Shown here in pieces: positions 56,473-64,000 of a stretch of 64,000 nt of DNA. Position 1 is the stretch's first letter; each line of letters starts with the position of its first letter. Source of the stretch: an uncultured Acidobacteriota bacterium (GTDB lineage: Bacteria; Acidobacteriota; Thermoanaerobaculia; Multivoradales; JAHEKO01); assembly GCA_963713825.1 (NCBI GenBank), contig CAVQNG010000005.1, forward strand, positions 352,001-416,000, written 5' to 3'. The notes below the pieces were generated by a model. That model made no database searches. It had not been told where the DNA came from and saw nothing but the letters and a program-made list of their open reading frames with translations. The position numbers and the translations under genes were made by a program.

Positions 56473-57945
56473 ATGTACACAGCGCTCAACAGGTTTCCAG
56501 GAGCTCGCCGGGCCTTCTGGTGGTCTCTCTGTCTGTTGCCCTTGCACCTGGGGTTGGCGACAGGGTCGAGAGCCGAGCTTCGGACGGACCTCAATGAGTC
56601 GGTGAAAGCTGCCAGGCAGGTTTCCAGGGCCATGAGCGTGCAGGTCGTCGAGCTCGGCTCGGGCGAGGAGATCTACTCCTACAATGCCGATGAGCTGCGC
56701 ATCATCGCCTCGAATACGAAGCTGTTGACGACGGCGGCCGCCTTCGACACTGTCGGTCCGGGGTTCTTCTTCGAGACCAACGTCTTGTGGCGAGGCGACC
56801 GAAGTGATGGTGGGCTACAGGGTGATGTCGCCGTGCTGGGTGGAGGCGATCCCAACATCTCGGGCCGTCACTACGGCGGGGATCCCCTGGTCGTCTTTCG
56901 GCAATGGGCCCAGGAGTTCAAGCGCTTGGGGGTTCATAGGATCGAGGGGGATCTCTTTCTCGTCACCGGGTTGTTCGAGCCGCCGCTCGTCCATCCGGAC
57001 TGGCCGCGGGACCAGTTGCACCGGTGGTACGAGGCGCCGGTTGCCGCCCTTTCCTTCAGTGACAACTGTGTCCTCGTGCGGATCTGGCCCGGCCAGGCGC
57101 CGGGGGAGCCGGCGCGGGTCGAGATGATTCCGGATCTCGGCGTCCTGCGTGTCGAGAACACGGCCAGAACCACCGATTCTTCGAAGCGGCACAAGGTCGT
57201 AGTCGATCGACGCAACGGCAGCGACTTGCTCCAGGTCTCGGGCTCGATCTATCGCCGCGCGGCGCCAGTCGAGAGCTGGATCACCGTGCCGGATCCGGTG
57301 AGCTACTTCGGAGTGGCCCTCAAGGCGGCCTTCGAGGAGGAGGGTGTCGAGCTCTTGGGCGGCCTGCGACCCACCATGCGACTGCCCTCCGGTCAATGGC
57401 GCTGGGTTACCGGCCATCGGTCCGACCTGATGACCACCAGCGAGGTGATCAACAAGCGGAGTCAGAACTTCTTCGCCGAGAGCCTGTTGAAGGTCATGGG
57501 AGCGCGGTTGTGCGGCAGCGGCAGTTGGCAGGCCGGGCGCCAGGTGGTCGAGGAGTTTCTGTCGAGGGTTGGGATTCAACCGGGTGAGTATCGACTCGCC
57601 GACGGTTCGGGGATGAGCCGTGGCAACCAGTTCTCCGCCCGTCAGATGACGACGGTGCTGCGGTACATGTTCGATCATGAGAAGGGCAAGGAGTTCCTGC
57701 TCACCTTGCCGTACAGCGGTGAAGAGGGTCTGCGCTGGGAGGGCCGCTTGGCGGCAGAGCCTTACCGTGGCAACATCTTCGCAAAGACCGGCTCGCTGCT
57801 GGGAGTCTCGACGTTGTCCGGGTACGCCAAAGCGCGGTCGGGAAAGATCTATGCCTTCTCCATACTCTGCAATCGGACCACCGGCAACTGGGGGGCGGGG
57901 AAGGCGCAGGATCGGATCTTGCGAGTGCTGGTGGATCAGGGGTGA
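56473..57945 (+). CDS. dacB: D-Ala-D-Ala carboxypeptidase/endopeptidase (PBP4, peptidase S13)
   Basis: ASNTKL (SxxK), GGGDP, SQNFFAE (SxN), DGSGMSR, AKTGSL. Confidence 0.9.
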   Translation: MYTALNRFPGARRAFWWSLCLLPLHLGLATGSRAELRTDLNESVKAARQVSRAMSVQVVELGSGEEIYSYNADELRIIASNTKLLTTAAAFDTVGPGFFFETNVLWRGDRSDGGLQGDVAVLGGGDPNISGRHYGGDPLVVFRQWAQEFKRLGVHRIEGDLFLVTGLFEPPLVHPDWPRDQLHRWYEAPVAALSFSDNCVLVRIWPGQAPGEPARVEMIPDLGVLRVENTARTTDSSKRHKVVVDRRNGSDLLQVSGSIYRRAAPVESWITVPDPVSYFGVALKAAFEEEGVELLGGLRPTMRLPSGQWRWVTGHRSDLMTTSEVINKRSQNFFAESLLKVMGARLCGSGSWQAGRQVVEEFLSRVGIQPGEYRLADGSGMSRGNQFSARQMTTVLRYMFDHEKGKEFLLTLPYSGEEGLRWEGRLAAEPYRGNIFAKTGSLLGVSTLSGYAKARSGKIYAFSILCNRTTGNWGAGKAQDRILRVLVDQG

Positions 57946-57973
57946 GAGCCAGAGCGCTCAGGAGTGACAAGCC

Positions 57974-59215
57974 GTGACATCGAATGACCCGAGAGTCGTC
58001 GACTACAACCGCCTGATCAAGAACGTCGAGCACCTCGTCGAGGCGATCGAAGATGCCGACGACGTCGCGGCGACCATTCACATGGTCGCGGAGGCCGTGA
58101 TTGCACAGTTCAAGGATCAATTGGGTCTTTTCGGGGGCAGAATCTATCGACGGGAGGGTGACGAGTTCGTTCTCCAGGGTACCTTCGGTGAGGCCAAAGA
58201 GGTGCCGGAGGGTCTTCGAGTCTCGGCGACCTACGGACCGATTCGGGAGTTGATTAAGAAGCGGACCCTCTACATGAAAGAGGATGACCCGCTGCTGGAT
58301 CCAGACCTGGAAGCCGATCTCGGAGTCGAGCAATTCGTCGCCATCGAAGTCGGGGATCAGGAGTACATCCTCTCCTTCAATGTGACTCCGGGCTACGACA
58401 AGAGCAGCATCCTGTTTTCTCTGGGAATTCTGCGCCACAGCATCAACCAGAAGATCCGTCAGGAGAAGATGGCGGATGTTCTACGGGAAGCGCGTCGTAT
58501 CCAGGCTTCGATCCTGCCTCGCGGCAAGCCCGATTTCGCGGGTTTCGACATCTGTGGTCGAACCGAACCCATGGAGACGGTCGGTGGCGATCACTTCGAC
58601 TTCATCTCCATCACGGACAAGGTCATGGGGCTGGCGATCGCCGATGTTTCAGGGCACGGTCTGCCGGCAGCACTCCAGGTGCGAGACATCTACATGGGGC
58701 TGCGCATGGGCCTGTCCCGTGACTTCAAGATCGTTCGCACAGTGGAGCGCCTGAACGAGATCATCAATCTGAGCACACTGACGAGTCGGTTCGTCTCCAT
58801 GGTATACGGCGAGCTCGAAGTCAGCGGCAACTTCGTCTATGTCAATTGCGGGCACCCGCCGCCATTCCGTCTCGCCGCCAACGGCGAGCAGAAACTCTTG
58901 GAACGAGGTGGGATCGTTCTCGGTCCGATTTCGGACGCCACCTACGAGCGCGGCTTCGTCAAGGTCAGGGCGGGGGATCTGCTGGTCTTCTATACCGACG
59001 GCATCGTCGAAGCTACGTGCAGTGAGGCCGGAGGCGAGCCCGAGGAGTTCGGTCTCGAGCGACTGATCGAAGTCGCCAGGGACCATCAGAGCGACTCGGC
59101 CGGCCAGGTCGTACAGGCGATCTTCGATCGACTCGAGGCGTTCTGTGACGGGGCGCCGGCGGAGGACGATCGGACGGTGGTTGTGGTCAAGAGGCCGCCC
59201 GAAGGTCAGCCATAG
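57974..59215 (+). CDS. SpoIIE/RsbU-like PP2C phosphatase with N-terminal GAF-like region
   Basis: ARRIQASILP, VGGDHFD, ADVSGHG, NCGHPPP, YTDGIVEA, DDRTVV. Confidence 0.9.
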   Translation: MTSNDPRVVDYNRLIKNVEHLVEAIEDADDVAATIHMVAEAVIAQFKDQLGLFGGRIYRREGDEFVLQGTFGEAKEVPEGLRVSATYGPIRELIKKRTLYMKEDDPLLDPDLEADLGVEQFVAIEVGDQEYILSFNVTPGYDKSSILFSLGILRHSINQKIRQEKMADVLREARRIQASILPRGKPDFAGFDICGRTEPMETVGGDHFDFISITDKVMGLAIADVSGHGLPAALQVRDIYMGLRMGLSRDFKIVRTVERLNEIINLSTLTSRFVSMVYGELEVSGNFVYVNCGHPPPFRLAANGEQKLLERGGIVLGPISDATYERGFVKVRAGDLLVFYTDGIVEATCSEAGGEPEEFGLERLIEVARDHQSDSAGQVVQAIFDRLEAFCDGAPAEDDRTVVVVKRPPEGQP

Positions 59216-59255
59216 GCCTGTCAACCTCCGACGACTCTGCTGACAGCGATCGACG

Positions 59256-59948
59256 TCAATCGGTGCGCAGCTCCACGATCTCGAGCTCTTGCCGGAGCTT
59301 GACGAGACAGCGGGCTGGGTAGACTCCCGAGCGGAGCTGGACCCCGGGATAGATCTGGCTGCCACGGCCGACAATGACCCCTGGGAACAGCACGCAGTTG
59401 CATCCCGTCAGGACTCCATCGCCGAGCACAGCGCCGAGCTTGCGCCGTCCCGTGTCCAGTAGGGCATCGCCATAGGGGATCACGACTGAGCGTCCATCAT
59501 GGCGCAGGTTCGAAAGCACGCTACCGGCACCGAGATTGACGCCGCTGCCAAGAATCGAGTCGCCCACGTAGCTCAGGTGAGGCGCTTTGGCCCCAGCCAG
59601 AAAGATGGACCGTTTGACTTCCGTGTTGGCGCCTACGACGCAGTTGTCTCCGATCCAATTCCCGCCTCGTAGGTAGGCACCGGTGCGAATCACCACGTCG
59701 CGCCCAATGTAGATCGGTCCTTCGATCAGCGCGCCCGGCTGAATGCGCGCGCCGGGCCCGATGACGATTCGATCTCCCAAGAGGTGCACCTCGGGTGACA
59801 GTGGGCTGTCGATGGCACTGGAGGGTAGCCCTTCGAGGGCCTGGTCGAGGCCCGTCCCGAGCAGATCCCAGGGGGCGTCGGGATTGTAGGTCTCCTGAAA
59901 GCTCGGCGGCAGATCGGTGAAGAGCGGCGGCAGCGGGGAAGAATTCAT
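59256..59948 (-). CDS. GlmU C-terminal-like hexapeptide acyltransferase
   Basis: IEGPIYIG, GAYLRG, TEVKRS, APHLSYVGDSILG..VNLGAG, TGRRKLGA, GCN. Confidence 0.8.
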   Translation of the reverse strand: MNSSPLPPLFTDLPPSFQETYNPDAPWDLLGTGLDQALEGLPSSAIDSPLSPEVHLLGDRIVIGPGARIQPGALIEGPIYIGRDVVIRTGAYLRGGNWIGDNCVVGANTEVKRSIFLAGAKAPHLSYVGDSILGSGVNLGAGSVLSNLRHDGRSVVIPYGDALLDTGRRKLGAVLGDGVLTGCNCVLFPGVIVGRGSQIYPGVQLRSGVYPARCLVKLRQELEIVELRTD

Positions 59949-59992
59949 CCAACGATTATAGGGCCGACCTGGGCTGTAGACTTGGCCGTGTC

Positions 59993-60616
59993 ATGGGGCG
60001 ATACCGAACCCTTCCCAGGAAGTTCTTCCGACGCCCGGCCGAGGAGGTGGCGCCCGATCTGCTGGGTCGTTTCGTTGTCCGCGATTTCGAGGGCGAGCAG
60101 CTGGCGTTGCGAATCGTCGAGGTGGAGGCCTACCTGGGGGCCCGTGACCGGGCGAGTCATGCCTGGCGTGATCGTCGGACCGAGCGCAACGAGAGCCTCT
60201 TCGAAGCCGGGGGAGTGGCCTATGTCTATTTCATCTACGGCATGCACTTCTGCTTGAACGCGGTGACGGGCCCAAGAGGTCACGGCGCTGCCGTGTTGCT
60301 GCGCGCCGGCGAGCCTGTGCGCGGGGCCGCGGTCATGATCGAGAATCGGCAGTGGAAACGGACCCCTCGTCCCGGTGATCTCGCCGGCGGCCCTGGCAAA
60401 CTGTGCCAGGCCCTGAAGGTCGATCGCGCCTTCGATGGGTCCCCGCTGTGGCGCGGCGATCTGAGAGTCACCGCGGGCGAGCCGCCGACTGCGGGCGAAG
60501 TCGTCACCGGCCAACGGATCGGTATCGACTACGCCGGAGAGGCAGCGAAGTGGCCGCTACGCTTTGCGATGCGTGGTAATCGGCACGTTTCCCGGCCGCT
60601 GCCCTGGTCGAGGTAG
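59993..60616 (+). CDS. mpg: DNA-3-methyladenine glycosylase (MPG/AAG family)
   Basis: RIVEVEAY, ASHA, AYVYFIYGMHFCLN, AVLLRA, GPGKLCQAL, RIGI. Confidence 0.92.
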   Translation: MGRYRTLPRKFFRRPAEEVAPDLLGRFVVRDFEGEQLALRIVEVEAYLGARDRASHAWRDRRTERNESLFEAGGVAYVYFIYGMHFCLNAVTGPRGHGAAVLLRAGEPVRGAAVMIENRQWKRTPRPGDLAGGPGKLCQALKVDRAFDGSPLWRGDLRVTAGEPPTAGEVVTGQRIGIDYAGEAAKWPLRFAMRGNRHVSRPLPWSR

Positions 60617-60633
60617 CGAGACACTCGAGGGGA

Positions 60634-61779
60634 TCAGCTCTTTGGTGGATCCAGAGAAATGTGGCCAGCCTGGGACAGCTTCCAGAAAAGCACCTGCGCT
60701 TCGAGCGGCGGCACCGGCGTGATCTTCAGGATGGTCTGAATATCGTAGGTCCCGTTGACTCGCGTCAGGATGAAGCCCTGTTGGGGTGAGATGTCCAGGC
60801 TGTCGAGGGCGGTCGGGTCACAGTCGAGCGCCGGCACGGCCTTCATTTCGATGCCATCCTGTCGGATGGCGATGACGATTCTCTTCTCTGCCGCTTCGAC
60901 GGTCTTCTTGATGCGGTTGCTGTCGGGCTCGAGGTTCTGTGCCGCTCTCATGTGTCGGAGGGCGCGGCTGAACTCGCGATTCTCGATGTGCTGATCCGCG
61001 ATGCGCAGCAAGGCATCGGCATCGACAGTGTCATCGTGGTTGTTGGCCTGCGGCGCCTGTGGGGCTTCGACCGTCATCTGGCGTGGTCGGACAATCTTGA
61101 GAGTGCCCGCCCGGATCTGCTCGTACAGGACCCTGCAAACGTGAAACTCGCCGGAGTGCGTCTGCAGACCAATCTCCTGGATGGTGCGGTCGTCATCGAC
61201 CAGGGCGAGGATTTTCTCTACGCCGGGATCCCGTTCGGCGCTTCGCAACTCGCGGATGGCGACAGGAATAGCACTATTGTTCGGAATCCTGGCGCGAATC
61301 TGCTTCCATTCGTCGACTCTCTGATGGCCTTCCAGAACGACCGCGGTGACGCTCAGGGCCAGAGGCCACATGTGGTAGTCAGGCAGGTCGCCATCAGCGA
61401 AGCGGAACTCCCCCTCTGGCCAAGTGAAGATCTCGTAGATGCTCTCCTCGGCTTTGAGGCGCAGCATGCGGTCGAGGTCGGTCTCCGAGATGGCGCCGAT
61501 CGTCAGCAGGATCTTGCCGAGGAGCATCTTGTTTTCTTCCTGCATCTCCATGGCCTTGGCGAGGGTGAGCTCGTCGATGAACCCATGGCTGACCAGGAAG
61601 TGCCCGAGGTACTCTTTCGGGTCGCTGGCGGCGGAAGAGACGATCGTCCCCTCCTCGAAGAAGATCTGCTTTTCGACTTTGCCGTTGTTGATGTGCAGAG
61701 TCCCGCTCTTGCGGCCCTGAGAGAGCCACTGCAGAAGCTCGGCGAGCTCCATCGTCTTTAAATTACCAGTGATGCTCAT
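60634..61779 (-). CDS. DUF4388 domain protein with TPR-like region
   Basis: MSITGNLKTMELAELLQWL....KSGTL...IFFEEG...W.EGEFRF (DUF4388 pattern); TPR-like helix pair near the C-terminus. Confidence 0.75.
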   Translation of the reverse strand: MSITGNLKTMELAELLQWLSQGRKSGTLHINNGKVEKQIFFEEGTIVSSAASDPKEYLGHFLVSHGFIDELTLAKAMEMQEENKMLLGKILLTIGAISETDLDRMLRLKAEESIYEIFTWPEGEFRFADGDLPDYHMWPLALSVTAVVLEGHQRVDEWKQIRARIPNNSAIPVAIRELRSAERDPGVEKILALVDDDRTIQEIGLQTHSGEFHVCRVLYEQIRAGTLKIVRPRQMTVEAPQAPQANNHDDTVDADALLRIADQHIENREFSRALRHMRAAQNLEPDSNRIKKTVEAAEKRIVIAIRQDGIEMKAVPALDCDPTALDSLDISPQQGFILTRVNGTYDIQTILKITPVPPLEAQVLFWKLSQAGHISLDPPKS

Positions 61780-61881
61780 GGCGACTGCGCCCGCTCGATT
61801 ATAGGCACGGTTCGCTACGCTACTCAGTGGAAGCAGTCACCCTCTGGTGGAGCCCGCAACAGGCCGTTTTCGGGCTCGGTC

Positions 61882-62865
61882 CTATTGGAAGTGGACCGGG
61901 GTGTGAACGTCCTCCCGATGGATCGTGTCGACGAACCGGATGAGGCCTCTCGACAGCGACATGTAGAGGCTGTGGGTTCGAAAGCCCTTGCCGAAAAAGC
62001 GCACGCCACGCAGAAGCTGCCCGTCCGTGACCCCACTGCAGCAAAAAAGGAGGTCTTTGCCAGGTGCCAGCTCCTCGGTACTGTAGATCTTATCGAGGTC
62101 GGTGATGCCCAGCTTGTCCGCGCGGGCTTGCTGCTTATCGTCCAGGGGCGTCAGTCGAGCCTGGATCTCTCCTCCCAGGCAGCGCATGGCGGCCGCGGTG
62201 ATAACGCCTTCGGGCGCTCCGCCGATCCCCATCACCGCATGGACTCCGGTGCCTCTGACAGCTGCCGTGATGCCAGCGGACAGGTCGCCATCGCCAATCA
62301 GATTGATGCGAGCCCCTGCCTCGCGGATATCGCTGATCAGCTGACGATGGCGTTCCCGCTCCAGGACGACAACCGTGAGGTCTTCGATGTCTCTTTCGAA
62401 GGAGTCGGCAATCTGCCTGAGGTTCTCGGCCACGGGTGCATCGAGATGCACCTTGCCCCGGGCTGTCGGCCCGACGACGATCTTGTCCATATAGATGTCC
62501 GGTGCATGCAGCAGGCCGCCCCGCTCCGAGGCCGCCATGACGGCAATCGCACCGGCGGTGCCGAAAGCGCAGAGGTTCGTACCCTCCAGGGGATCGACGG
62601 CGAAGTCGACGCCTACCGCATCCTCCTGACCCTTACAGGCTCCGACCTCTTCGCCGACGAAGAGCATGGGCGCTTCGTCTCTCTCACCTTCTCCGATGAC
62701 GACTCGTCCGGCGATCTCGAGCTCGTCGAGGGTCCTGCGCATTGCCTCGACCGCGACTCGGTCGGATTCGTTGCGGTCTCCCCAGCCCATGGTTTGGGCG
62801 GCGGCGACGGCGGCCTCTTCAGTGACCTTGATAAACGCCAGTTCGAAATCGGTGTCTACGGACAT
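61882..62865 (-). CDS. glpX: Class II fructose-1,6-bisphosphatase
   Basis: [53 protein letters not shown] 62865 has AGGAG upstream. Confidence 0.95.
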   Translation of the reverse strand: MSVDTDFELAFIKVTEEAAVAAAQTMGWGDRNESDRVAVEAMRRTLDELEIAGRVVIGEGERDEAPMLFVGEEVGACKGQEDAVGVDFAVDPLEGTNLCAFGTAGAIAVMAASERGGLLHAPDIYMDKIVVGPTARGKVHLDAPVAENLRQIADSFERDIEDLTVVVLERERHRQLISDIREAGARINLIGDGDLSAGITAAVRGTGVHAVMGIGGAPEGVITAAAMRCLGGEIQARLTPLDDKQQARADKLGITDLDKIYSTEELAPGKDLLFCCSGVTDGQLLRGVRFFGKGFRTHSLYMSLSRGLIRFVDTIHREDVHTPVHFQ

Positions 62866-62897
62866 GGGGAGTCTCCTGGGTTTGAAGTCGTTCGCGC

Positions 62898-64000
62898 TCA
62901 AGGGTTCTCGATAGGTGGATTGTAGGACGGGATGCCAGTGATTGTCTCGCCGATCACCAGGCCATGGATGTCGTGCGTTCCCTCGTAGGTGTAGACCGAT
63001 TCGAGGTTCAGCATGTGGCGGATGACGGGATAGTCATCGACGATGCCGTTGGCGCCGAGAAGCTCTCGGGCCAGGCGTGCACACTCGCGCGCCACCCAGA
63101 CGTTGTTGCGCTTCGCCAGCGACACATGGAAGTGTTTGAGCCTACCCCTGTCCTTGAGTTGGGCCGCCTGGTAGGCGATGAACTGACCCTTGGTGATCTC
63201 GCTCACCATCCAGACGAGCTTTTCCTGCACGAGTTGATGGGATGCCAACGGCCGACCGCCGAACTGGACCCGGTTCTTGGTGTACTCGAGGGCGGTGTAG
63301 TAGCACTCCATAGCGGCTCCGAGGGCTCCCCAGGCGATGCCGTATCGGGCCTCGTTGAGGCACATCAGGGCATTCCTGACTCCTTCGGTCTTCGGGAGGA
63401 GATTCTCGGCCGGGATGCGGCAGTCGAGAAAGCCCAGCTCGGAGGTCACAGATGCCCGAAGAGAGAACTTGCCGTGCTGGTCACGAGCCGTGAACCCCGG
63501 AGTTCCTTTTTCCACCAGGAAACCCCGGATGCCTTCCTCCGTTCGCGCCCAGACCACTGCCACATCGGCCAGAGAGCCGTTGGTGATCCACTGCTTGGCA
63601 CCGTTGAGGACCCAGGAGTCCCCATCCCGTTGGGCGGTGGTTCGCATACCACTCGGATTGGAGCCGTAGTCGGGTTCGGTCAATCCGAAGCAGCCGATGG
63701 CTTCGCCCGAGGCCAGGGCCGGAATCCAGCGATGCCGTTGCGCCTGGGAGCCGAAAGTGTAGATCGGGTACATCACCAGGCCGCTTTGCACGGAAGCGCA
63801 GCTTCGCAGCCCGGAGTCGCCCCGCTCCAACTCCTGCATGACGAGCCCGTAGGCAACGCCTTTGAGTCCTGGGAGCCCGTACTCGTCGAGGCTGGCGCCG
63901 AAGAGTTGCAGGTCGCCGATCGCGGGGATCAGCTCGATGGGGAATCGAGCCTCGCGATGGCACTCTTCGATGATCGGTTTGACTCGAGCCTCGACAAACG
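62898..64000 (-). CDS. Acyl-CoA dehydrogenase (glutaryl-CoA dehydrogenase-like); 5' end lies outside the window
   Basis: [65 protein letters not shown]. The frame is open to the window edge. Confidence 0.88.
   Translation of the reverse strand, partial: FVEARVKPIIEECHREARFPIELIPAIGDLQLFGASLDEYGLPGLKGVAYGLVMQELERGDSGLRSCASVQSGLVMYPIYTFGSQAQRHRWIPALASGEAIGCFGLTEPDYGSNPSGMRTTAQRDGDSWVLNGAKQWITNGSLADVAVVWARTEEGIRGFLVEKGTPGFTARDQHGKFSLRASVTSELGFLDCRIPAENLLPKTEGVRNALMCLNEARYGIAWGALGAAMECYYTALEYTKNRVQFGGRPLASHQLVQEKLVWMVSEITKGQFIAYQAAQLKDRGRLKHFHVSLAKRNNVWVARECARLARELLGANGIVDDYPVIRHMLNLESVYTYEGTHDIHGLVIGETITGIPSYNPPIENP

Overview
GC-rich bacterial chromosomal segment; the gene content is compatible with Acidobacteriota or a similar lineage (inference only). 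Positions 149-17614 hold a Wzx/Wzy-type surface-polysaccharide locus: beta-barrel + OPX exporter, flippase, sulfotransferase, methyltransferase, glycosyltransferases, a Wzy-like polymerase, and a PglC/D/E/F-like (bacillosamine-type) block with a nucleotidyltransferase inserted in it. Directly next to it (17638-22198) is a complete lasso-peptide gene set: B2 peptidase, RRE/PqqD, HPr-kinase-like kinase, cyclase, methyltransferase and a 53-aa precursor that the ORF track does not call as such. The precursor has a textbook leader but an unusual Lys-initiated core (KSGNNFDNSQQWQSKK). This lasso/glycan coupling is the best candidate for an undescribed system. The rest is mostly housekeeping: aceBA, TetR-RND efflux, GH127 + RuBisCO-like protein, ABC-F, PBP1b, UvrA, orphan luxCE-like genes, an ECF sigma module, a nuclease-helicase, hflKC, dacB, glpX and an acyl-CoA dehydrogenase. 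Three long intergenic gaps carry a family of modular, nested inverted-repeat elements. I recognised no tRNA, rRNA, CRISPR or transposase. All calls come from motif recognition by eye; no database searches were run.
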